From contig CP000067.1 of the NCBI GenBank assembly GCA_000002445.1, positions 576,001-640,000 of the forward strand: DNA of 64,000 nucleotides, in the 5' to 3' direction. Positions within the stretch are counted from its first letter, which is position 1. Every line of letters begins with the position of its first letter. The DNA is from Trypanosoma brucei. Its lineage: Eukaryota. A program made the position numbers and the translations under genes. Shown piece by piece: positions 1 to 9,799 of this stretch. A model generated the notes under the pieces. That model had not been told where the DNA came from. It was given only the letters and a program-made list of their open reading frames with translations, and searched no databases.

Positions 1-1
1 C

Positions 2-793
2 TTTGATAAGGCACGCACTTGTTTAGAGGATGTCCAGCAATTGGACGAAAACTGTGCCCAGTTGTTGAAGGTCCTGAATATAGTAGATGAGGGCAAGCAG
101 AAGGGGAACCAGTACTTCCAGCAGAAGAAGTTTGTAGCTGCTATGGAGCACTACACTACAGCCATCGGCGCTGCGGTAAACAACAATCAGATATTGCGCA
201 TCCTCTACTGCAATCGAGCTGCGTCCTACAAGGAAGTAGGAAAATATCGTGAAGCCATTGAAGATTGTACCAGAACCATTCAGCTCGACCCAGCCTTCTC
301 TAAGGCTTACGCGAGGCGTGCGCGGTGCCATCAGGCACTTAGTGACTTTGCTTCTGCTATCCGTGATTTCAAGGCGGCGATAAAGTACGATCCGAACGAT
401 CAGGAGTTGCCACGGGAGCTCCGGAGTTGCGAGCAGAGCATGGCGAAGGAAGGCGAACGTGAGAGGGACTATTACTACGTTCTGGGCGTCAGTCGTAATG
501 CTACCGAACGCGAAATTAAGGCAAGGTATCGTGAACTCTCACTCCGCTGGCATCCGGATAAATGCATGTCACTCCCAGAAGAGGAGCGTGTGGTTGCGGA
601 GCGCAAGTTTAAGATTATTGTGGAGGCGCACACGACGCTTATCGATGCCGTAAAGCGGCGGGACTACGACCTTAAAATGGAGAAGGAACGGCTGACGCGA
701 AGTGGCGGATTCGGTGGATTTAATGGTTACAGTTCAGAAACGTTCCGTGGGCATTCTAATCGTTTCCGTCAAGGCAGTAGTGGATTTTGGTGA
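2..793 (+). CDS. 5'-truncated TPR-repeat + J-domain co-chaperone (DNAJC7/TPR2-like). The ORF is open to the window start.
   Basis: There is no stop codon in frame back to nt 2. TPR-like repeats (AIEDCTRTIQLDPAFSKAYARRARCH...) are followed by a J domain (DYYYVLGV...RELSLRWHPDK, HPD motif) and a Gly/Phe-rich tail. The stop is at 791-793. Confidence 0.75.
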   Translation, partial: FDKARTCLEDVQQLDENCAQLLKVLNIVDEGKQKGNQYFQQKKFVAAMEHYTTAIGAAVNNNQILRILYCNRAASYKEVGKYREAIEDCTRTIQLDPAFSKAYARRARCHQALSDFASAIRDFKAAIKYDPNDQELPRELRSCEQSMAKEGERERDYYYVLGVSRNATEREIKARYRELSLRWHPDKCMSLPEEERVVAERKFKIIVEAHTTLIDAVKRRDYDLKMEKERLTRSGGFGGFNGYSSETFRGHSNRFRQGSSGFW

Positions 794-918
794 GTGAAGT
801 GCACTGCGTAGCACGTGAATATGCCTTGCAGGTAGTGCAAATGTGTGTGTTAGTTTGGAAGAAGCGGCAGGTATTTTCCTTGCCGTTACCGATAGGAGGC
901 CAAAATAACAAAAAAAAA

Positions 919-956
<38 letters not shown>
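919..956. repeat. (GT)n followed by (GA)n compound microsatellite
   Basis: Direct read: gtgtgtgtgtgtgtgtgtgagagagagagagagaga. Confidence 0.9.
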
Positions 957-3285
957 AACGAGGAGGGGAAATAAATACAAAGTTTTCGGAGGAAGAATGG
1001 CAGTGCCACTGAAGTTGTGGAAACACGTGAGTCTTCCGTATTATTCGCAAATGAACCGTTTGTTGTGAAGTAAAGTCTGTAGGAATGAGAAGATAATTTT
1101 ATTAATAGTTTTTTTTAGTTTGTTTGGTGCTCCTTCCGTGTTGTGCTTCTGCACGCCTTTATACATTTTTCTTTTCCTCATAGACACCCGTATGAACAAA
1201 TGAACATATATATGTGCATGTTTCGCTTTATGCTTCAGCTTTCCTTTTCTTCCCACCTTTTTCGGTTTCACCATTCACCACTCGAGTGCTTGGACGGGGC
1301 GCATTCGTAGATGTTGTGCGGCAAAAAAAAAAAAAGAAAAGCAAAACTGGACCGTTGGTTTTCCTTTTTTTTTTTCTTACTGGAAGTAGGGGGAGAGAAG
1401 GGAGCGGGGAAGGGAAGGGTTGGTACTTGGTAAACTTAAAAAAAAAAAACGCCTTCTCTCCGCTCTTTTTCTTTTTTCCCCTCTTTCTCTTTCGGTTGCT
1501 CGTGTGCTACAAATGATGAGATCCATCCCGTGTTGGGTATCACTGGCGCTCTTCGTTCCCTTTCCTTTTTTTTTAAAACCTTCTTCTTTGATACCGTCTC
1601 TTAATTTTCTTCTTATTCCCCTTTCCCTTTCCATTTCCCTCTCTCCCTCTGCTTTTCTGCACTTTGCAACCCACTTTTTTTTGTTTTGGCGTTTGTTACC
1701 GTTATGGGATTGCAGAGGTAAAAGAAAAGGGAAAAATGTGTTTGATGTGAGCGCATGTGCGAGAAGGTGAAGGGAATTGGAACTGATGCGGGTATGCTGT
1801 CGTGAAACCAAATGCATTGAAGGTAACTCTTGCGCCTGCGTCTTTGTTTTTTGTTTTTGTTTTGATTTCTTTCTTTTACTTGTTTTCTTTAGGTTGCTTC
1901 CCTCTCGTTATTACTTTCCCTTTTTTTTTTATATCAGAACGCGTTGTTACGCTTCGTGTGGTAGAAAAGGTACTAAAGAGTGGAAAGGTCAACAAAACCG
2001 AGGTCCAATTGGGGGGAGGGGGAGGAGTGGAGGGAAATGAAAAGAAAAAGGGAATAAGAAGGGATTTGTTGTCACCGCTTGTGAGCGTCCTGTATTTACT
2101 CTCTCTTTTTTTTCTTTTCCTGTTCTCTTTCTCTTTCTCTTTCTCTCGATATTTTCTCTGCGGTTCTATTTCTTTTTCTTTTTTTGTTTCCCCCCCCTTT
2201 CCTCTGCGCGTGCGTTTATTTGCGTACACCTCCGTCTCTCTTTTTTTTTCCATTTCTTTGGATTTTGCGTTTCACTCCCCCTCCCATTTTTTTTTGAAGT
2301 TGTTTCTTTTTTTTCTTTTTTTTTTCTCCTCTCCGATACTTCTTTTCATCGGTTGTATTGGTTTTCACTCCCCTCCATACTCTTTTTTTCTTTTTGTTCT
2401 GTTTTTTGTTTTTGTTTGTGTTTGTGTACCCTTGCGTGGTGGCATGTTAACGGCCAATCAATTATATTTGTGGTGTTTTCTTCATTAATGTGAATTAATT
2501 AAACAACTTCAATTCCTCATGGTGTGATACACGGGGGGGGGGAATCACAGGAGATTATTTGGAGGGATAACAAATGAGACGCCTCGGGGGGGGGGGATTT
2601 GGAGGGGAAAAAATAAATAAATAAATAACACAACAATAACAATAAAAAACAAAAGGAAACCATTTGGTGATGCAAGAAGGATGATGGAACAAATGGATAC
2701 GTGAATGGAAAGAAGGAAGGGTAGAGAATATGATATGTGTTTTCTTTGGCAGGTAAGGGAGGGTGGTGGAGGAAAAAAAAAGTGAAATGTACCGAAGAAA
2801 GAGCCCAAGAAAACAAATAAAAAAAGGAAAAAAAAAAGAAAACAGAAAAAAAAAGAGTCCGAAATGAAGCGAATGATATGGTCATGGGTGGAGGGAGAAG
2901 GGACGGGGAGGCAAAAGGGAATTTTTCATTTGCCGATGAGTAAAGAGGTTGTTACTTCACAGGAATAGAGCGTACCGGTGCGGGAGGGAAGAAGGTGAAA
3001 GAAAGAATAAAGCAAAATAAAAAGAGGAAAAGAAAGGGGCATTTGTTAAGGTACCAAATATGCCTCTCTTCTGCTGACCATAGAAAGAGGAGGCAGTGTT
3101 CTTTTTCATGTTCCTTTTTTACTTGTTTGCCTCACTGTGTGAGTGTATATAGGTGCACCTCATCTCACCATACGGTTTTGGGGGAGGGAAATAGAGTCGC
3201 TACACTTTAATTACTACTACATAAACTCTCGTGACCGCCGTGTGGGGGCCATGTTGTCCTCGCTACCCAGGCATTTGCGGTGATA

Positions 3286-3332
3286 CGTTATTTGACTTTT
3301 CCTCCTTCAATTTTACTTTGTTGTCTTTTAAA
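3286..3332 (+). promoter_or_regulatory. Polypyrimidine tract plus first downstream AG. Putative trans-splice acceptor region for the ALG2 gene.
   Basis: The pyrimidine-rich run ttatttgacttttcctccttcaattttactttgttgtctttta is followed by AG 22 nt before the ATG at 3354. Confidence 0.4.
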
Positions 3333-3353
3333 GGAAATATTCAAGAAAGCGTG

Positions 3354-4883
3354 ATGATTTACGAACTTGCGCTACTTATATCCACCTTCCTTGGACTTTC
3401 CATCTTTGTTATTCCCTTTTCCCTGCTGCGAACATGGACACGTAGGCAGGCGAGTAGTCGTTTCGATTCTTCTTCTGCTCGTCAACGGCACCCAACGAAG
3501 TTGGATGAGCAGGTCAACGCGAAACGTCCGTTGAAGGTTGTGTTTCTTCACCCCGATCTTGGCATTGGTGGCGCCGAACGGCTTGTCGTTGACGCTGCTA
3601 TTGCACTTCAGAGGTACCAGAAAGTGACGCCTGTGCAAGTTATTATTGTGACAAACCATCATGATCCCCAGCGTGCTTTTGCTGAGACGGTGGACGGGAC
3701 AGTGACCGTGCAGGTATTCGGTTCGTGGCTTCCCGCCTCCATAAAGGGGCGAGCCAAAGTGTTTGCTGCAACCCTTCGCATGTGCTGGGCGGCGTGGGTT
3801 ACGTGTTGGATGCACCCTGATGCGGACTGTTTCATGGTGGATCAAGTAGCCGCAGTTCTTCCGCTGCTCTCATTTGTGGCACCGCAAATTCCTCGGCTCT
3901 TTTATTGTCATTTTCCCGATCAGTGCTGTGACGGGAACCGCGATGAAAACCAGCAATACAAGAAGAAACCGTCTATCTTTCGCCTGCTTTATCGGAAGCT
4001 ATTTGATGAGGTTGAAGTCTTTGCTATGAACTATGCCAGCAGTATCGTGTCGAATTCCAAATTCAGTAGAGCGGCTACTCTGAAGGTTTTTCCCAAACTA
4101 AGCAACAGGATTGACGCCGAGGCTGACATATTCTACCCTCCTGTGTCATTGGCTGTTAGGGAAGGAGCTAAACCTAACGGTGACACAAAAGTATTTGACA
4201 CCGAGGAACTCGACAAGCTCCGGGACGCTATTCAGGGAAGAAGTGTGGTGCTCAGTATCAACCGCTACGAGCGTAAGAAGAACCTTGTATTGGCTATTGA
4301 AGCATTTGCACGTTTGTTAAACTCGGGGAAAACGACATGCAGTGGTGCTCCGTTGCTCGTTCTGGCTGGTGGGTACGACACACGGTTGGAAGAGAATGTT
4401 GCACATTTGAATGAGCTCCAAAAGGTTGCTGACACATACAAGCTTATGGATAGTCAGATTCTTTTCCTGAAGAATATAACCGAACTCGAAAAGCGCTACC
4501 TTCTTTCCCAATGTTGCTGTCTTCTCTACACACCCACATCGGAGCATTTCGGTATTGTTCCGACTGAGGCAATGATTAGTGCGAAGCCAGTTGTAGCTGT
4601 CAACCGCGGTGGACCATGTGAAAGTGTGGGTGAAGGTGGCACACTTTGTGACCCAACGCCTGAGGCTTTTGCGGAGGCTATACTTTTATATCTGAATGAT
4701 GATGAATTAAGGAGGCGGGTGGGAGAGGCGGGAAGGAAACGGGCGAGCGATGTTTTCACTATTGAAAGGTTTGGGGAGAAGCTGGCCACACGTTTTGTGA
4801 AGCTATGGACTGAAACGAACGCGGCTATGGGCAGAGCGGCGTTTTGGGGGAAATGGCTTGAGGGAGGAAAAAAGGCGGACTGA
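3354..4883 (+). CDS. ALG2: Alpha-1,3/1,6-mannosyltransferase ALG2 (GT4 family)
   Basis: The N-terminal motif [21 protein letters not shown] matches the ALG2 signature [21 protein letters not shown]. The GT4 C-terminal region is typical ([11 protein letters not shown]). The ORF-track start at 3231 is GTG, so I moved it to the in-frame ATG at 3354, downstream of a polyY tract and AG. Confidence 0.8.
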   Translation: [509 protein letters not shown]

Positions 4884-4971
4884 CTGAGGGGCTGCGATCG
4901 GTTTGCCCCATCCTGGTCACCTTCGCTTCTGTCGGTAGTGGTACCTGCTACATCAGCGGACTATCGGTCAT

Positions 4972-5303
4972 CTCGTTCCTTTTTCATCCCTATCCTATCT
5001 GAGTTTTTTTTTTTTTGATGGACTGTTATCCCTTCTTGTGCTGTGATATGTTGCGTGTCTCTCCGCGCTTTGTATTTGTATTCACGAGGTGGCACCCGCC
5101 TGCGTAAGTTTAGCCAATGATGGAATGGTGTTCGCGGTCTCAACAGTTGAGCACCTCCCCACACCTCAAATCCACCTCTTTTTTTTTTCCACTCTACCTC
5201 TTCCATCGTGTTGTGATGAACCGTTGTGCATTATGTATTTCATTTACGTGTGCTATGGAGAGGAAGTGTAGGTGCTTGTTGTGCGGTGGTTTTACTTCTT
5301 TAT
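4972..5303. repeat. Copy A of a ~332 bp dispersed element, near-identical to 21001-21331
   Basis: Direct comparison shows identity over the full length except a T-run length difference (T13 here; T9 plus CTT in copy B, 1 nt shorter) and 1 mismatch. Copy A starts 89 nt after the ALG2 stop. Confidence 0.9.
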
Positions 5304-5396
5304 TTCCCTTGCGGCACCCGGTAGCGGTGGTTGTCCAGTTTCATTCTTCCTAGTAGGGTCTTATCGTTCAATTTTATCCCTGGATTGGTGCTGATA

Positions 5397-6569
5397 ATGC
5401 AGACCGGCCCATTCGCCGCCGTTACACGCGTTCCCGATCATGTGCGCAACATGATTCTGAACGAAATTGCTTCCGAGAACATATGGCTATTTGATCGTGG
5501 CCGGTGCGAAGCGGTAACGGTGGGCGATATGCGGTCCTCCTCCTTTTCTATCCCGATGGCCGAGTCTCCCCCTGCAGTTGGATGCGAATTGGATAACAAT
5601 GAACATCTTCTTCTCTACGATCTGATGCGCGTGCGTAACGGCCAGGTTATGTTTGAGAACGACCATTTCAGTCGGATACGGCAAAATTGTATATTGACTG
5701 CCCCTACAGCCTGCGATGCCGCTAACGTATCGGAGGATGAGGACCTGGGGAAACTCTCAACTTACATTGAGGGTGTGCGGTCGACGACACGAGATTTCAT
5801 TAAATGTAACCCATGGGAAAATGGAGACGTCAATCTCAAGTTTGTTACATGGGTGCTTCCTTCCCAGTTGAGCGACGTATCAACGGCAGAGAGGCGAAGC
5901 GAGCTTCTTCGAACTCTTTCCTACGCGGTTTACTACGTAACTTCCTTTTTCCCTCCGGAGGATTGGTACGAGGAGGGAACGCGTTATGCCATGCTTTATG
6001 ATGCTCAGCGGCATACACCAAATGCAAAGATCCTGCAAGTCCCCCTGCGTGAGCGAGCAAAGGCGCTTCAACAGACCACTAACGCATTCGAGGTGCTTCT
6101 TGTGTCGGATAACAGGCGGCACTATCTTGTTCCTGAAGGATCACGCTCAAACTATCTTATTGTCTCCGGTGACGAGTCATTGCTCTGTTCATTGGAGGAA
6201 GACATTCTTGTTGGCATTACTCTCCGTGTTGCTCGAAGGGCTGCTGCATGTGCTCGCCTTCCACCCCTGCGACACCGTAAGCTTGTTTTGGGGGACATTT
6301 GCCTGGCGAAGAGCATTGCAATGTTGGGTACAAGCCCCGGTGTATTACCCATCAAAGAGATTCAAGTATTCTACGATGAGGAAAGTAAACAGAATTTCCT
6401 TTTAGCAATGGAAGATTATATGCAAGACAAGGATGAAGAGATCCAGCGTGCTGTCATCAATGTGCGTGGCCGCATATTGAATGATGACGGACTACTCCGA
6501 TTGGAAAGTCCAAGCTGCGATACGCTGAAGCGCCTCAGAGCGGCCTATGAAGCGGAGGCTCTTCTTTAA
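5397..6569 (+). CDS. Class IV aminotransferase-fold protein (PabC/ADC-lyase-like), possibly catalytically divergent
   Basis: LLLYDLMRVRNGQVMFENDHFSRIRQNC resembles the class IV N-terminal GxFET/R...H..RL block. FEVLLVSDNRRHYLVPEGSRSNYLIVSGDESLLCSLEEDILVGITLRV resembles E.L.L...G.v.EgsxsNxF.v..g.L.TP.....L.GITR. KSIAMLGTSPGVLPIKEI resembles EvFlTgTa.eV.PV..I. The ORF-track start is TTG, so I moved it to the ATG at 5397. Confidence 0.45.
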   Translation: MQTGPFAAVTRVPDHVRNMILNEIASENIWLFDRGRCEAVTVGDMRSSSFSIPMAESPPAVGCELDNNEHLLLYDLMRVRNGQVMFENDHFSRIRQNCILTAPTACDAANVSEDEDLGKLSTYIEGVRSTTRDFIKCNPWENGDVNLKFVTWVLPSQLSDVSTAERRSELLRTLSYAVYYVTSFFPPEDWYEEGTRYAMLYDAQRHTPNAKILQVPLRERAKALQQTTNAFEVLLVSDNRRHYLVPEGSRSNYLIVSGDESLLCSLEEDILVGITLRVARRAAACARLPPLRHRKLVLGDICLAKSIAMLGTSPGVLPIKEIQVFYDEESKQNFLLAMEDYMQDKDEEIQRAVINVRGRILNDDGLLRLESPSCDTLKRLRAAYEAEALL

Positions 6570-7449
6570 TTACTGTAGGAAAAGGGTATAAAGGACTGTG
6601 CTCGTTAATGTGGAAGAGGTAGCATCCCCTCGCTTGCTTTGTTATTATTAATATTAAATTGCGGGCGACAATGCCCTAGTAAGAGATGGCTAGAGGGGGG
6701 GGGGCCGTAAGTGTTTTTTTTTTTTTAATCGCTTGTTCGTTTTACTTTATTTTTTCCCCCTAATTATTTGTTTAGTGTTCGGTTTGACACGTAATAGTAC
6801 AAGTGCCTGAACGTGAATGCGGAGAAGATGACACGACTCCGAAACTTTTGTGGTTTTGCTAAGCATTTCGGAGATCGACGGAGGGGGGAGGGTTAAAGAG
6901 TGTTTTTGTAGTGAGTTGCTTTTATATTTGTTTAGAGATCCATGCGCGTTGAAAACGACGCTTCGTAATTGAAAGATACATTTTCCCCCATTCAGTTTGT
7001 TATCGGCTCCTGTTTACTTTGATTGGGCGTCCCTCCCCATGGTGAGGCGCCTGAGTGGAAAAGAAAATATTTTTTTAAAAAAAAGACGAGTGAAAAAGGA
7101 TGCCGCTACTTGTTTTTATGACTCCGTGCCTATTACCTTACATATGGCTAACGGTTTGACAGGCAAACCTGCGAAAGCTCCACACTTCTCTTCCGCCGCT
7201 CCGTTTTCTCACCACGGCGTGTCGTCGGCTCTTTCCAACGCATTAAACGTCGTCTGTTCGGAGCTTATGATTAGTATTCGCAGAAAGTTCTAGAAGGTAA
7301 AACAATATAGTAGACGAGGGAGGTGCAGCGAGAAGGAAGGAACGTCGACCACCAGTTTGTGTGTGTGTTTTGCATTGTGAACGGGAGCCATCTACCTCAA
7401 TACCTGACATCCCCGTTGGTGCTTCCGCAGCTTTATCCGAACTGGAGCG

Positions 7450-8451
7450 ATGATATTACGGCACTCTCGCCGCCTGTTGGCGATGGAGGGGGAGCGCAAA
7501 TTCACATTTCCAAGCACTCCAGCAACTCTCAGTACTGGCGGCGTGCCCTTCTATGGTAATATTTACGCAGGACGTGTTGACACACAAAATTATGTGCCTC
7601 CACCACAAGAGGGGTCTGGACTTATCAAACCAAACAGTAGCGCGTGGGACGACCCTCAGGTGCGCTCTAAGATTGAGCGGTGCCCGTATTTTGCGCTCTG
7701 CGATCAGGTTGTATGGCACAATATGGATCCAGCTTACTTGGACCCCGGCCTCCTTACAATGGAGGAGCACCAGTTGCTGCTACTATTTAGCCGTGCATAC
7801 TATGAAAAGTGGAAGTTAATCCACAAGCGGCCGCCCAATGCTCTTCCACGCGTGCGCATTAAGTACGGGTCCACCGTTCTTTTAGAAGAAATGTTGGAGC
7901 TCATCGACGTTCCGGTGCCCGTGCGGCGTGCACTGGTAAGGGAGTTTCAGGTCGACGACGCCTCCCTTATCGCTATGGACCCCGACTGCTGGTCAGCCGC
8001 GTACCTCGACCCGTTTAACAGGGATCATTTTTCCGGTCGCGTGCTGGAGTTTGCTGACATGAGTGAGGCTCATCGTGAGAAGTTCTACCTCCTTCTGCGG
8101 CAGATGCGTCGTATTGTTGTGGTGCGACGGGATACACCAGAAGAGGAGCGGTTGGTGCTACCCTTTTCGTCTGGTATAACATTGTATGACCTTTCTAAAT
8201 ATTTAGGTATTGAGCCGTACGGTGGTCAACTGAAGGTTTACGATTATGTGGACCTCCAGAAGACACAACAGGTGATTACACTGAAGGATGAGGACAGTTA
8301 CTTTGACTACCTCGTCACGACTTTCTTTAAGGCAAACCTCCGCAACGCCACCCTTAGCGACGTTGCTGACGACATGGACAACACAGCGCGGTACACCATT
8401 ACCGTGGAGCCCTTCACTGTTGCCGAGAGGCGCATCGGACGATGGTTTTGA
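7450..8451 (+). CDS. Hypothetical protein (333 aa); no recognisable domain
   Basis: A long ORF with an ATG start, in the same orientation as its neighbours, and complex non-repetitive sequence. Confidence 0.5.
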   Translation: MILRHSRRLLAMEGERKFTFPSTPATLSTGGVPFYGNIYAGRVDTQNYVPPPQEGSGLIKPNSSAWDDPQVRSKIERCPYFALCDQVVWHNMDPAYLDPGLLTMEEHQLLLLFSRAYYEKWKLIHKRPPNALPRVRIKYGSTVLLEEMLELIDVPVPVRRALVREFQVDDASLIAMDPDCWSAAYLDPFNRDHFSGRVLEFADMSEAHREKFYLLLRQMRRIVVVRRDTPEEERLVLPFSSGITLYDLSKYLGIEPYGGQLKVYDYVDLQKTQQVITLKDEDSYFDYLVTTFFKANLRNATLSDVADDMDNTARYTITVEPFTVAERRIGRWF

Positions 8452-9250
8452 TTTCCTTTTTTTTTCTCGCTACGTAGCGTTCTACATACTGTACTCTGCA
8501 GGTCGCATTTCATCGCCCTGGTCGGCGTCTTCAAGTGTTATTGTCGCTTCTGTGTTATCTGGTTGGGGCACTGTATACCCAGTATTTGGATGTGGCCAAT
8601 TTTGCCTTTCTTCCACTGGGGAGGGGGAGGAATGCTATTTGTTACCAGTTATTGTTGCCGCATCAAACACTGGCTCTGAGTTTTGTAGAACAGGGGACGA
8701 TTTGAGGTCACGAAGCGGTGTGAGGAGTTCGGCAGTTCTGTGTACTTTTCACCGCATCTTATTACACGACCCACCAGCTTTCACTTCTTTTACATGAACG
8801 CTCGCACTCGCTCACAATGATATACGTTAAGGATTCCTGTTTTGGGTTTCTCATTTGCACCGATCCAATTGTCGCTCACCTCCACACACACACACGGTAC
8901 CTTTACGCTAACGTACGATTTCCTATTTTTCTTTTTTTTTTTTTAAAAAATCTTTCTCCGCTTTCTTTTGTATCTTTCGGCGCATTCGTGTGTATCGTGC
9001 CGTAAAGGAAGCGACTACAATCTAGGGGCACAAGAGGAGAAAGTCAGGTAGTCTCTACGATAACGCAAGCGCCATCAGCAACATCCACTACAGTTGTGGG
9101 GAAACACAGAGCCGGTTGACATTTGTAATCATATACGTTTTCTCTCGTTGCCGACGCATCGCAAGATAAGTCACATATTGACAACTTTAGTTCTCATAGA
9201 AGTGACATAGTTACATTAACTAGGAGGAGTGAGTCTTTACGGTTAGTGCC

Positions 9251-9799
9251 ATGTCCTCATCTCGTCCTGCCACTGGGAACCGCTTAGCCGTTCCTATCCG
9301 GACAAATCTTCCCGTTCCCGCACCCCGTAAGCGCCGATTTGAATTAACGGATGAGCAACGACAGGAGATTCGCGAAGCATTCGAGCTGTTCGACTCCGAC
9401 AAGAACGGTCTTATCGATGCGCATGAAATGAAGGTTAGCATGCGGGCACTTGGATTTGATGCAAAGAAAGAGGAGGTCTTGCGCATGATGCAAGACTGCG
9501 CGGCGCGGGATCAGCATAATAACCCACTTATGGACTTAGCGGGATTCACTGATTTGATGACCGAACGCTTTGCTCAACGGGACCCACGGCAGGAGATGAT
9601 CAAAGCGTTTCAACTGTTCGATGAGAACAATACGGGGAAAATATCTCTGCGTTCCCTCCGTAGGGTTGCAAGAGAATTGGGCGAGAACATGACGGATGAA
9701 GAATTGCAAGCCATGATTGACGAGTTCGACACAGATCAAGATGGCGAGATTAATCTTGACGAATTCCTTGCCATCATGCTGGAAGATGATGACTACTGA
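9251..9799 (+). CDS. Centrin (caltractin), an EF-hand calcium-binding protein
   Basis: EF-hand loops [12 protein letters not shown] and [13 protein letters not shown] are present. A basic N-terminal extension is typical of centrins. The protein is 182 aa and starts at an ATG. Confidence 0.85.
   Translation: MSSSRPATGNRLAVPIRTNLPVPAPRKRRFELTDEQRQEIREAFELFDSDKNGLIDAHEMKVSMRALGFDAKKEEVLRMMQDCAARDQHNNPLMDLAGFTDLMTERFAQRDPRQEMIKAFQLFDENNTGKISLRSLRRVARELGENMTDEELQAMIDEFDTDQDGEINLDEFLAIMLEDDDY

Noticed and set aside
1802-2488. 228 aa + strand ORF in the intergenic region upstream of ALG2
   Set aside because: It is a translation of poly-pyrimidine DNA (FFLFSL...), has no complexity, and the ORF-track start is not an ATG. 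Low-complexity ORFs at 1214-1516, 11057-11386, 12500-12685, 13709-14083 and 14237-14572 are of the same kind.
3231-3353. ORF-track starts at GTG or TTG codons (ALG2 and at least 8 other genes)
   Set aside because: Eukaryotic nuclear genes initiate at ATG. I moved the starts to the first in-frame ATG downstream of a polypyrimidine tract and AG. Exact starts remain uncertain without spliced-leader mapping.
5089-5271. Identical 60 aa ORFs inside both copies of the 332 bp repeat (also 21117-21299)
   Set aside because: It is short and Phe/Cys/Leu-rich with no homology. The identity follows from DNA repeat identity and is not evidence of a coding constraint.
7039-7293. 84 aa ORF (MVRRLSGKENIFL...) upstream of the 7450 gene
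   Set aside because: It is short with no recognisable domain and sits in the presumed 5'UTR or spacer, so the evidence is insufficient.
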